From Candidatus Latescibacterota bacterium (lineage in GTDB: Bacteria > Latescibacterota > UBA2968), in the NCBI GenBank assembly GCA_965198115.1, contig OZ240241.1, positions 8,032,001-8,096,000 of the forward strand: a DNA stretch of 64,000 nt. Reading direction: 5' to 3'. A program made the translations under genes and the position numbers. This document shows, one piece after another, positions 49,817-59,364 of the stretch (the first letter of the stretch is position 1; each line of letters starts with the position of its first letter). Below the pieces are notes generated by a model. The model ran no database searches. It was not told where the DNA came from and saw nothing but the letters and a program-made list of their open reading frames with translations.

Positions 49817-49914
49817 CCTTCACTCGCCCCTTTTCCTTGACTTTCCACCCCTTCGCTCATAATCTACTGAATAATGAAGACTTGTCTCAATCTCAGGCAC
49901 AACGGAGCGTCCAC

Positions 49915-50196
49915 ATGCTCTGGTGGATGATCTGCTTCGCCGCGACGGCCGTCACCATTTTTGCAAAGTGGTATTTCACGACAGCCGTCGAACGAATGCG
50001 GCAGGGCCTGATGCGTGAGCAGCGAACCGCCCTGGAGCTGAAAGGTGAGCTCAGTGATCTCCGCCAGGACCAAAAGACCCGGGCTCGCAAGGCGAGGGAC
50101 CGCGAAGCGGAAATCAAACGCACAAAGAGCAACATTGCCTCGCTCACGGGCGAGATCAAGGGACTCCAGGACGACCTGAAAAACAAGAAAGTGTAG
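49915..50196 (+). CDS. Small TM + coiled-coil protein
   Basis: Promoter TTGACT-17-TAATCT from 49838, RBS GGAG, heptad tail and a downstream terminator. Confidence 0.7.
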   Translation: MLWWMICFAATAVTIFAKWYFTTAVERMRQGLMREQRTALELKGELSDLRQDQKTRARKARDREAEIKRTKSNIASLTGEIKGLQDDLKNKKV

Positions 50197-50231
50197 CGGA
50201 CGGGAACGATTCACCGTCTCACCAAACAGAG

Positions 50232-50260
50232 GGCCGGAGCGCAAGCGCTCCGGCCATTTT
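50232..50260. terminator. Intrinsic terminator
   Basis: GGCCGGAGCGC-AA-GCGCTCCGGCC followed by ATTTT. Confidence 0.8.
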
Positions 50261-50282
50261 CGTGATGCTCTGCCTGGTCTTC

Positions 50283-50948
50283 TCAGTCCTCCTCCAGGGC
50301 CCTCGTGTAGATCAGCGCCGCGATCGCGCCGCCGACGAGTGGCCCAACCCAGTAAAGCCAGAGATTCTGAACCCCACCACCCAGTAGGGCAGGACCCAGA
50401 TGCCGGGCCGGGTTCATGGCGGCTCCCGTAATCGGTCCGCCCATCATGATATCCAGTGAGATGGTGAGGCCGATGAACAACCCGCCGACCTTGGGTGCAC
50501 GGGCGTCGATCTCGGTCCCGAAGACTACGAATACGAGGAAAAACGTGAGTACGATCTCCGTCACCAGGCCCTGGCCGATCGTAATGCCCTCACCCAGGGC
50601 GGGTGTTCCCATCCCTACGGCCGCCAAGGCCGCGCCAGGCACCGCCATCTTCACCACCGCCGCCGCCACGATTCCGCCCAAACACTGAGCGATGATGTAG
50701 CCGATCGCGTTGTTGAACTCGATTTTGCCGCCCACAAGGGCGCCGAAGGTGACCGCAGGATTGAGATGACCCCCGCTCGTCGCAGCCGTCGCACTGACCA
50801 TCACGGCGATCGTCAGACCGTGCGCCAGAGCGATTCCCGTCAGTCCAAGAGCGCCCCCTGAGATGTGATTTGCCGCAATCGCACCCACACCGATGAAAAT
50901 CAGCGCGAAGGTACCGACGAACTCCGCAACCATGGCCTTACCATTCAT
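50283..50948 (-). CDS. MIP family aquaporin
   Basis: SGGHLNPAVT and AAMNPAR (two NPA boxes). Confidence 0.95.
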   Translation of the reverse strand: MNGKAMVAEFVGTFALIFIGVGAIAANHISGGALGLTGIALAHGLTIAVMVSATAATSGGHLNPAVTFGALVGGKIEFNNAIGYIIAQCLGGIVAAAVVKMAVPGAALAAVGMGTPALGEGITIGQGLVTEIVLTFFLVFVVFGTEIDARAPKVGGLFIGLTISLDIMMGGPITGAAMNPARHLGPALLGGGVQNLWLYWVGPLVGGAIAALIYTRALEED

Positions 50949-51146
50949 ATCGTTCCCTCCCTGTTATGAGACCCAGACATCGAAGTTCAATGGCGTCTTG
51001 AACGCAGTGGCGCCACGCATGACTTCGAAGACAGGAATCCCCGTTGGGCGAATCACGAGAGTTTAAGGCTGGTATGGGTAAAAATCAACCGGGCGGCATC
51101 TGGCGGCGACTCGATGCGGTAGGGTTGTATGGGTGCAAAGGAAGGG

Positions 51147-51329
51147 TTACTTGACGTAATATCCGATGAAAAGAAAGTCGATGAACAGGAGCAGACAGAG
51201 AATCTCGACCGCAAGAAACAGAACGAGCTCGAGTCGATCGCGCCATCCACCTACCTCGGCGGCGCCCTCTGTGATCGCGTCTTCCTCGGTCGATCGTCGG
51301 GACCGGTCACGGCGTGTCCGTTTTGCCAT
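51147..51329 (-). CDS. Small membrane protein (hypothetical)
   Basis: Basic N-terminus and C-terminal TM helix; 13 bp downstream of 51343-51552. Confidence 0.5.
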   Translation of the reverse strand: MAKRTRRDRSRRSTEEDAITEGAAEVGGWRDRLELVLFLAVEILCLLLFIDFLFIGYYVK

Positions 51330-51342
51330 TTCGGGATTCCGG

Positions 51343-51552
51343 CTACCCGTTCAGCATATCGCTCAATTGGTCGTCGGCTGGGTCGACGCGGTCGAGCGTC
51401 GTTTGCCAGAGCTTCTGGTTGGGATCTTCGACGGTCACGTAGTCTTCCCCCACAAACAGAACCTTACAGGGACCGACGACCGTTTGCTCTCCGAGCCGAC
51501 ACGTAACAAGCATACCGGCTGTGATGTCCACCTGTTGCTCTTCGTCCGCCAT
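51343..51552 (-). CDS. Small acidic beta-rich hypothetical protein
   Basis: RBS AAGGA; promoter TTGACA-17-TACCTT at 51625-51597. Confidence 0.6.
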   Translation of the reverse strand: MADEEQQVDITAGMLVTCRLGEQTVVGPCKVLFVGEDYVTVEDPNQKLWQTTLDRVDPADDQLSDMLNG

Positions 51553-51654
51553 CCTGATCCTTGCCTTTCCGGGTACTCGTAGGTTTTTGCGCGATTAAGG
51601 TAACCGGTCCACGATTCAATGTCAATCCAGCCCCGAAACACCATCCCGAACGCG

Positions 51655-51692
51655 AAAGGGCCGCCTCGGGTAAACCGACGCGGCCCTCCTTA
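51655..51692 (-). terminator. Hairpin after groES-like gene
   Basis: AGGGCCGC...GCGGCCCT stem. Confidence 0.6.
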
Positions 51693-51708
51693 TTCTTCGT
51701 GTCTGACG

Positions 51709-52101
51709 TCAGAGATCGTCGAGACCCAGTTCATCCAGAATCGAGCGCTTGTCTCTCATCAGAACAAGAATGGACGAATGTGAAACGATCAGGTACTTTT
51801 CGCCGTCGAACTTGATTTCCATGGCGGCCTTTTTCAGGAAAAGCGCGTAATCGCCGATTTCGACCTGCATGGGCAAGTATCGCGGTTCACTCTCGTTGGC
51901 CTTCCACGGCTCTTCTTCATCGCGGGCTTCGGGGAGCGGGATGCCAGGACCGATTTCGACAACTCTTCCTCCCTGAACCTCTTCTTTCTCAACCACCGTC
52001 TGCGGTAGGTAAAGTCCGACATCGGTCTTCTGCTCGAGCTCTTCTTGTTTGATCAGAATACGGTCGCCAATCACGATTAACTGGCGATTGCCCAACTTCA
52101 T
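51709..52101 (-). CDS. GroES (Cpn10) family co-chaperonin
   Basis: IGDRILIK...GLYLP...GRVVEIGPG...VEIGD...DGEKYLIV. Confidence 0.9.
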   Translation of the reverse strand: MKLGNRQLIVIGDRILIKQEELEQKTDVGLYLPQTVVEKEEVQGGRVVEIGPGIPLPEARDEEEPWKANESEPRYLPMQVEIGDYALFLKKAAMEIKFDGEKYLIVSHSSILVLMRDKRSILDELGLDDL

Positions 52102-52129
52102 TCATACCTCCACGGCGGACCTTGTCCGG

Positions 52130-53059
52130 TCACGCGGGACTCTTGGAGCACCTGAAGCCGATATGATCCTGCATGTTGGCCTCTGGAGCCCAATGACGTG
52201 CCGCACACCTGACGTCGGCCTTGTTGCCCGCGTAGAAACCGCCACGGATCACACGATATTGTCCGCCCGGGGGACCCTCCGGGTTGTCACGGGGTGCCGT
52301 CTTATAGTACTCGTCGTAGTACCAGTCCTCGCACCACTCCATGGCGTTCCCGCACGAATCCCAGACCCCATAGGGGCTCGCGCCGCCGGGGAAATGATCG
52401 GCGGGAGTCGGCCCGCCGTATTCGTTTCCACAATTCACGTTGTCTTTTCTGAAAGCATCGCCCCACGGGTAGGTCTGACCGACCGTGCCCCGTGAAGCCT
52501 TTTCCCACTCAGCTTCTGTAGGAAGCCGCTTACCAACCCACAAGGAATATGCCTTGGCGTCGTTGAAGCTGACGTTCGTGACCGGGTGACCCGCCTGATC
52601 GAGCTGGTAGGTGCCACTCGTCCAATGCGGCGGACGTCGGTGCCCTGTCACGTCCACGAACATCTTGTATTCCTGGTTGGTCACGGGCAGCTTGTCGATC
52701 TGAAAGGCGTTCAGGAGAACCGTCCGAGCCGGTGTTTCGTCCCGGCCACCTTCGTCGTCACCCATGACGAATTCTCCCGCGTCGATGGCGATCATCTCCT
52801 TTTGGTTCACCTGCGATTGCAGGGCCAGCCTCTGCTCGTCCAGGGCATCCAGCTCCGTCTTGAGTCCCTCGATCCGACGGAGGCTCTCTTCCGTAGCCTG
52901 TTCCGCCTCCTGGATCTGCCTTTCGACGTTTCCACGACTCGATTCCAGCTGTTCCACCGTGGGTTGGAGCAGGGCCGCCTGCTTCCTGAAGACCGCGAAA
53001 ATCTGGAAACAGAATGCGGCAAAACAGGCCATGAGTACCGGATACATCCAATCACCCAA
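52130..53059 (-). CDS. TM-coiled-coil-FGE/SUMF1 domain protein
   Basis: FVMG, PVTNQEY, RLPTEAEWEKA, GNAMEW, RVIRGG and IGFRC. Confidence 0.9.
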   Translation of the reverse strand: MGDWMYPVLMACFAAFCFQIFAVFRKQAALLQPTVEQLESSRGNVERQIQEAEQATEESLRRIEGLKTELDALDEQRLALQSQVNQKEMIAIDAGEFVMGDDEGGRDETPARTVLLNAFQIDKLPVTNQEYKMFVDVTGHRRPPHWTSGTYQLDQAGHPVTNVSFNDAKAYSLWVGKRLPTEAEWEKASRGTVGQTYPWGDAFRKDNVNCGNEYGGPTPADHFPGGASPYGVWDSCGNAMEWCEDWYYDEYYKTAPRDNPEGPPGGQYRVIRGGFYAGNKADVRCAARHWAPEANMQDHIGFRCSKSPA

Positions 53060-53258
53060 AACGGGATCCTTGGTTACGGTTCAAAGGGTGTGAAACGCGA
53101 TAAAAAATTAGTGTTTTGGGGGTGGGGAGTCAAACCGTTTGTCCAAACGTCAGAACGCCGGGTTGGGCGTCGTATCCACGCGTTTTGTTGTCAGCGGGGA
53201 TACCATGGCCTATCTTACGGGGGTCCAATCGACCGGTCAGTCCGCGAAAGGCAGCACC

Positions 53259-53633
53259 TTGGCAAGAGTCCTCGTCATCGACGACGATCCCAACGTGGGC
53301 GAAGTCATCAAACGGCTCCTGTCGGATCGGGGCCACGAGGTCATCCTGAGCTACAACGGGGATGACGGCTATGCCCTCCTCGAGGCGGAGGAGTTCACGA
53401 TGGCAATCGTGGATATTTTCCTTCCGGGCACGAGCGGTCTCGAGATTATCCAGGCTGTAAGCGCGAACTATCCGGGCGTCAAAATCATCGCCATGACCGC
53501 TTTCGGGGCCCAGGACGACATCGACCTCAAGGGTTTCGCCGAACGTTACGGCGCCATCGGCACGATCGAAAAACCCTTCGACAACGACGTTCTCCTCCAA
53601 TCCGTGAGCCAGGCTTTGGAAGCAACCAGCTGA
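53259..53633 (+). CDS. Single-domain response regulator
   Basis: VLVIDDD, IVDIFLPG, MTA and EKP. Confidence 0.9.
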   Translation: MARVLVIDDDPNVGEVIKRLLSDRGHEVILSYNGDDGYALLEAEEFTMAIVDIFLPGTSGLEIIQAVSANYPGVKIIAMTAFGAQDDIDLKGFAERYGAIGTIEKPFDNDVLLQSVSQALEATS

Positions 53634-53774
53634 CGCCTGGCGCCTCACGCAACCCATTCGACTACCCACCCTCGGTCTCGCAACATATTCCTCATCCCTG
53701 CTTTACGACCAGTTCGCATCGCATCAGCGACCTCAAACGGTCGCTGACTGGCCGATCTACATAGGGTAGAGCCC

Positions 53775-55139
53775 ATGGACTCCACAGTCGGTGTATCCGC
53801 GCTCTTCTGGGGCGCTCTGAGTGCAGTCTCACTACCTCTGGGTGCCATCATCGGGCTCGTGCTGACGCCAAAGCGGAGAGTCGCATCTTCGGCCATGGCT
53901 TTTGGCGGAGGCGCGCTGCTCTTCGCACTCACCATCGAGCTGTTCGGACACGTGCTGCACGTCGCGGCCGATGATCACGGTCACGTCGAACGTCCCGGGT
54001 TGGTGTTGGCCGCCATGGCTGCGGCGGTCCTGGGTGGAGTGCTGTTCAACACGCTGAACCTGATCCTCGAGGGGAAGGGCGGTTTCCTCAGGCGTCGAGG
54101 GCTGATCCGACGTCACGTGGTTCGACAACGGCGCTCGGAAGCGCATCAGCTGCTGCAGAGTCTCAGCAAAGTCGACTACTTTCGATCTCTACCCGCCGAG
54201 GAAGTCCTCCGTCTGATTCCCGACGTAGAAACCATGACATTCGACGAAGGTCAGATCATCTTCAACGAGGGTGACGAGGGTGACGGTCTCTACGTCGTTG
54301 CGGAGGGTGTGATCAACGTCTCCAGAAAATCGGAGTCGGGAGAAGACCTCATCATCGCGTCGATCGGACCCGGTGACGTCGTGGGTGAGATGTCGCTCGT
54401 GACCGACAATCCCAGAAGCGCGACCGTCCTAACAGAGTCGCACGTGCGAGCCTGGAAAATCCCCAAGGAACCGTTCCACCGTCACATGGAGGAATCGCCC
54501 AACCTGAAGGCGGCGATCCATCAGGTCGTAGCCGACCGGATCCAATCCCTCGAGCAAGCGGGTCACGTCACGGCCGAAACAGCCACCGAGTGGGCGGGCT
54601 CGGCGGTCAAGCACATCGAAGACCAGACGGTCGTCGGTATCACATCCGAACTCGTTCAGGAAGAACAGCACAAGCACGGAAACCCGGCGCTCGCGATCTG
54701 GATGGGGATTGCCCTCGACAGCATTCCCGAATCCCTGGTCATCGGCATGCTCGTCGTCACCTCTGCTGCCGAGGGCACGGCGTTCAGCATCGCTTTCATT
54801 GCTGGCGTGTTTCTCGCCAACATGCCCGAGGCCATGTCGAGCGCCGTCACCATGCGGAAGGGCGGAATGACCACGACACGCATCTTCTGGATGTGGTTTT
54901 CCCTTTGTGTCCTGACGGCGGCCGGTGCTTGGGTGGGCACCGTCATTCTTCCCGCCCATCCGACGGGCTCCGACCTCTACCTCGTGTTCGTGATCGAAGG
55001 CCTCGCTGGCGGGGCGATGCTGACGATGATCGCGCAGACGATGCTTCCCGAGGCTTTCGAGCAGGGCGGAGGCCCTATCGTCGGACTCTCGACCCTTGGC
55101 GGATTCCTCGCTGCCCTTGCCGTCAAGATGATGCCCTGA
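53775..55139 (+). CDS. ZIP (GufA-like) metal transporter with inserted cNMP-binding domain
   Basis: AFGGGALL; IALDSIPES; ANMPEA; GAMLTMIAQTMLPEA; CNB core GEMSL...PRSATV. Confidence 0.85.
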   Translation: MDSTVGVSALFWGALSAVSLPLGAIIGLVLTPKRRVASSAMAFGGGALLFALTIELFGHVLHVAADDHGHVERPGLVLAAMAAAVLGGVLFNTLNLILEGKGGFLRRRGLIRRHVVRQRRSEAHQLLQSLSKVDYFRSLPAEEVLRLIPDVETMTFDEGQIIFNEGDEGDGLYVVAEGVINVSRKSESGEDLIIASIGPGDVVGEMSLVTDNPRSATVLTESHVRAWKIPKEPFHRHMEESPNLKAAIHQVVADRIQSLEQAGHVTAETATEWAGSAVKHIEDQTVVGITSELVQEEQHKHGNPALAIWMGIALDSIPESLVIGMLVVTSAAEGTAFSIAFIAGVFLANMPEAMSSAVTMRKGGMTTTRIFWMWFSLCVLTAAGAWVGTVILPAHPTGSDLYLVFVIEGLAGGAMLTMIAQTMLPEAFEQGGGPIVGLSTLGGFLAALAVKMMP

Positions 55140-55342
55140 CGCTGCCACTCCACGGCTCAAAGCCTGTGTAGAAGCACGACGTGCACTGGCGACGGCCGTC
55201 CACGTCCACCCCAACCACCCACGCCACGTCCGTTATCGCAATCGCAGAGGTACTCACGTCGCAATTCGCGTGCCCTGAGTCTCGGGCGATTGCGTCGCCT
55301 GCCTCTGACTGCTACCTTCCTGACCCGACGGTCCGAACCTAA

Positions 55343-56637
55343 GGGTTCGCGAATAAATAAACGGTCGATCTCAATGTTGAGCCATTGGCCGGATCGTGTA
55401 GTTCCAGTCGCCGTGGAAATCGTGCGGAGTGAGATCGATTTGGGTCATCTGTTCATCGGTCACCTTGACCCCGTTAGGGTAGGGTCGCTTGTCGATCTCG
55501 GAGCGTACTCGGAGACCGGCTTGAGTGGTCGTTCCGGCAATGAGATTCACGGTTGCAGCCAGGCTGACCAGGGGCTTGCCTCGCCCAGTTCATAGCGATG
55601 AAGGAGAACAGGCGATGTTCGATCTTGTTCCACTTACTAGTGCCAGGAGGGTAGTGGCATACGGTGATCGTCAGGCCAGTGCGATTCGCAAAGCGCTGCA
55701 GCTCCCACTTCCACAGCCGCGTCTTGGCGCCGTTGCTGCCGCCTGCGTCCGCCGTGATTAGCAGATGCGTCGAAGTGCCGTAGGCGGGCCGTCCCATGTT
55801 CTTCCACCAACTTCGGATCGCATTCACGGCGAAGCTGGCCGTGTCGTGATCGATACCGACACTTACCCAGCCTTCATCACGGCTCAGATCATACACTCCA
55901 TAAGGGATCGCCTTGCCCTGAGCAGGCACTATGAAATCGTGTACCTTCACACGCTCCGGGTCTCCCTTGGGTCGCCATTCTCGGCCAGGATTCTTGAAGT
56001 CGCCGATCAACTCTTTCTTCTTGGTGTCCACCGAGATAACGGGAAGGCCCTGCTGCTACTGCTGGCTAATCCGATCATCGAGGTAAACGAACTGAGCGTC
56101 CCGATCCGGGTGTGCAGATCCCTCCCTTGTCTTCCGATTCGCCTGCAGCGTGTAATCGTGTTCGTGCAGGAGATTGGCAACGATCCTGGGGCTCACCGAA
56201 TGCCCCATCGCTTGCAACTCGGCGGCCAGTTTGCGAGTGCTCTTCGATGTCCATCTCAGAGGATTGTCGTCAGGCGACCCCGCAGTCGTTGGCTCGACCA
56301 GATCATTCAGGTCCTGCCACAGCGTCGGGTCCGTGTCGGCCTTCCGCTTACGACCGCCGCCTGGACGCCGGATGCGAGCCGGGTCCAAAGGTTCGTCCGA
56401 CCTCAACTCCTGAATGCCACGAAAGATCCGCTCTCTGGACATTCCTGTCGCCAGAGCCACAATCGCGATCCCACCGTGACCCAACGCTTCGGCTTCCGTG
56501 GCGGCCCACAGACGACGCGTGCGTTCCGTCAGCACCGGAGCCAAGGCTTCATACTTCGTTCGGAGAGTTTCGACGTCCACACTCCGAGCGTAAGATCATT
56601 ACCTTGAAAAGTGCAGCACTTATTTCGTGGCAAACCC
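55343..56637 (-). mobile_element. ISAzo13-family IS, copy 3; transposase disrupted (CAG>TAG at 56056-56058, +1 C near 55586)
   Basis: Same TIRs as the other copies; TSD TAA at 55340-55342 and 56638-56640. Confidence 0.95.
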
Positions 56638-56654
56638 TAAGCTGGAGGATCCCC

Positions 56655-58103
56655 ATGAACCGACGTTTTCAGATCCTGGCTATCTCCCTTTCGCTCGCTT
56701 CGTTACCGACCGAGGCTGCCGACAAGGTTCCGATCACGACCTCGTCCCCAGCCGCGCTCGAGAGCTACCTCCAGGGACGCGATCTGGCGGAAAAACTCCG
56801 GGGTCAGGAGGCCCGAGCTCATTTCGAAAAAGCCATCGAGCTCGATCTGGACTTTGCAATGGCCTATCTGTCGGGCTCCCTCACCCGAGCCACCGCAAGG
56901 GAATTCTTCGAACATCTGGAAGCAGCCGTCTCGAAGGTCGATAAGGTATCCGATGCGGAGAAGAATTGGATCCTCGGTTTCCAGGCAGGCGTGAACGGAG
57001 AAACGGCCCGACAACGCGAACACTACGAGGCGCTCCTGGCGGCTTACCCGAGCGACGAACGCGCACACAATCTCTTCGGCAATCATTGGTTCGGTCAGCA
57101 GGAGTGGACAAAGGCGATCCAATCCTACGAACGCGCCACGACGATCGACCCCGACTACACACAGAGCTACAATCAGATGGGCTATGCGCGTCGGTTCCTC
57201 GAAGATTTCGAGGGGGCCGAGAGAGCCTTCGAAAAATACATCTCGTTAATCCCCGACGACCCCAATCCCTACGATTCTTATGCCGAACTTCTGATGAAAA
57301 CGGGAAAGTATGAGAAGTCGATCGAGAATTACAAGAGGGCGCTACAATCCGACCCTTATTTCGTGGCCTCTCACATCGGCATCGCAACCAACCTGAACTA
57401 CCTGGGCCGTCACAAAGACGCACGGAAGCAGCTGAAGGAAATGCAGAAACAGGCACGCGATGACGGCGAACGACGGGGGGCCCTGTTCGCCATCGCCATC
57501 TCCCATTTGGATGAGGGAAGTGTCGAGCACGCGATCGCTTCCATCCATCAGGAACAGATGATCGCGGAAAAACACGATGATGCCGGACTGAAGGCGGGAG
57601 ACCTCATCAACATCGGCAACATCTTGCTGGAGACGGGCAAGCCGGCGGAAGCACTCGCCCTATTCGCTGAGGCGCTGGCAACGATGAGAGCATCGGAACG
57701 TTCGGACAAGGTCAAGGCCACCGCGCTCCGAGTATTCCACTACAACGCCGCCCGCGCCGAGATTGCCAGGAGCAGCTTCAACGCAGCGGGGGCCCACATC
57801 GCCGCCCTCGACCGAGAGAGCGTGGCCCTCGAGAATCCCTTCCTCACGCGCCAGGTGCACGAATTGCGGGGCACGCTCCATCTCGCTCGAGGCGAGTTCG
57901 GCGATGCTGATGCGCAGCTCCAGGGTGCGAATCAGCAAAATGCTTACAACCTCTACCGCATCGCGCTCGCCCACAAAGGCCAAGAAGATCTGGCCACGGC
58001 CAGGCATTGGCTCGAGAAGACGGTCAACTTCAACGCGCTGAACAGCCTGAATTACGCGATGGTTCGACACAAGGCCCAACGCACACTGGACGAGATGAAC
58101 TTA
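56655..58103 (+). CDS. Exported TPR protein; native 3' end replaced by IS630 (reads on to 58172)
   Basis: RBS GGAGG, signal peptide and multiple TPR motifs. Confidence 0.85.
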
Positions 58104-59364
58104 GTACTCCTGTTCGCAAATACGGTGACGTATTCTAAGCAGACTTTGCCAAGGGCGTATCGTAGAACCTGAGTTTGTCGATCATCTCCGCGAGATCTGT
58201 TCGTGTGAACTTCCATTTGAAGGGTGTGGCGATACGTCCGTAGCGTTCCTGAAAACCGAGGATTCTTGCCTCAAGCTCTTCGAGCGATGCAAATTCGATA
58301 GGTGTCAGAGCCTTGCGTTTGAGGATCGAGAAGTAGATCTCGATCTGATTGAGCCAGCTTGCGTGGATCGGAAGGTGAACGGGGTGGATGTTTGGCCACT
58401 TCCCCTGGATACGGTCGATGCATGTTTGCCCTCGGTGCGAGGAGCCATTATCCACGATGAGGTAGACTTTCTTTGCCGAGCAATAGGGTTTCCGGCTCAT
58501 GATCAGGCTCAGGAGCCGGTTGAAGGGCTCGATACCCGAAGAAGACTCACAGAGACCGAAGATTCGACCATTGTGCACGTCGAGAGCAGCCAGATAGGCC
58601 AGGGCTCCTTTCCGCTCGTATTCGTGTTCAACGCGTGCCGCTCTGTTCGAGGCTGGCGGTAGGGTAACGTGCTTGCGAGCTCGTGCTTGAATACTGGTCT
58701 TTTCGTCGGCAGAAAGTACATATTCCCTCGGCCCTAAAGGCTTTCCTTGCCATTGGCGGTGATACAGATCAAGGACTCTACCTGCTTTGGTTTGGAAGTC
58801 CGGGTCCCGTGGGAAAATCCAGGAGCGATGATACCAAGGACGAATCGCGTCCTCGTTCAACCAGCGCCAGACAGTGGCGCCGCTGATCTTGGCAACGAAG
58901 CCCCTTTGCACTGCCTCGGCGGCAATCTCGGAACAGCTGAACCGCGAGAGCGGTATCCCGCTCTCGCTCGGTAGTTCACACGCCAGCGCCTTGATCTGAA
59001 CGACCACCTGAGGGGGGAAAACCGGGCGGGCGCCCGGGACGAGATCTATCTTCGAGTCCCGAAAGACGCTCTTCGAAAAAGCGCTTACGCCATTTGCTTA
59101 CGATCGGACGCGGGACATCCAACCGTTGGGCGATAATCTTGTTGGATAATCCCTCGGCGGCGAGAAGCACGATTTTCGATCGGATCACTTGATAATACGA
59201 TAACGTATATTGTCCAGCCATTCGCTCGAGGTCGACCCGTTCCTTCTCAGACAGTAGCACCACATAAGGCGAACGTCTTGGCATTGTTCTCCTCCTTTTG
59301 AAGGAGAACATAAGTTACAAATAATGTTCAGAACATACGTAATAATGTTTATGAAACCATGCAC
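58104..59364 (-). mobile_element. IS630-family IS; two ORFs (59284-58976 HTH, 59007-58135 DDE) joined by probable -1 frameshift
   Basis: ADEKT, VDNGSSH and SWLNQIEIYF; slippery TTTTCCCCCC near 59011-59020; imperfect TIRs; TTA on both flanks. Confidence 0.88.

Noticed and set aside
55140-55340. Possible structured RNA (CAGAGG/CCTCTG and GCAAT/ATTGC pairings)
   Set aside because: Matches no riboswitch or ncRNA I can recognise; such pairing is plausible by chance at this GC. An Rfam scan would be needed.
56112-56654. N-terminal 181 aa of the 686-aa ORF
   Set aside because: IS antisense sequence in frame by chance; the real start is ATG 56655 with GGAGG and a signal peptide.
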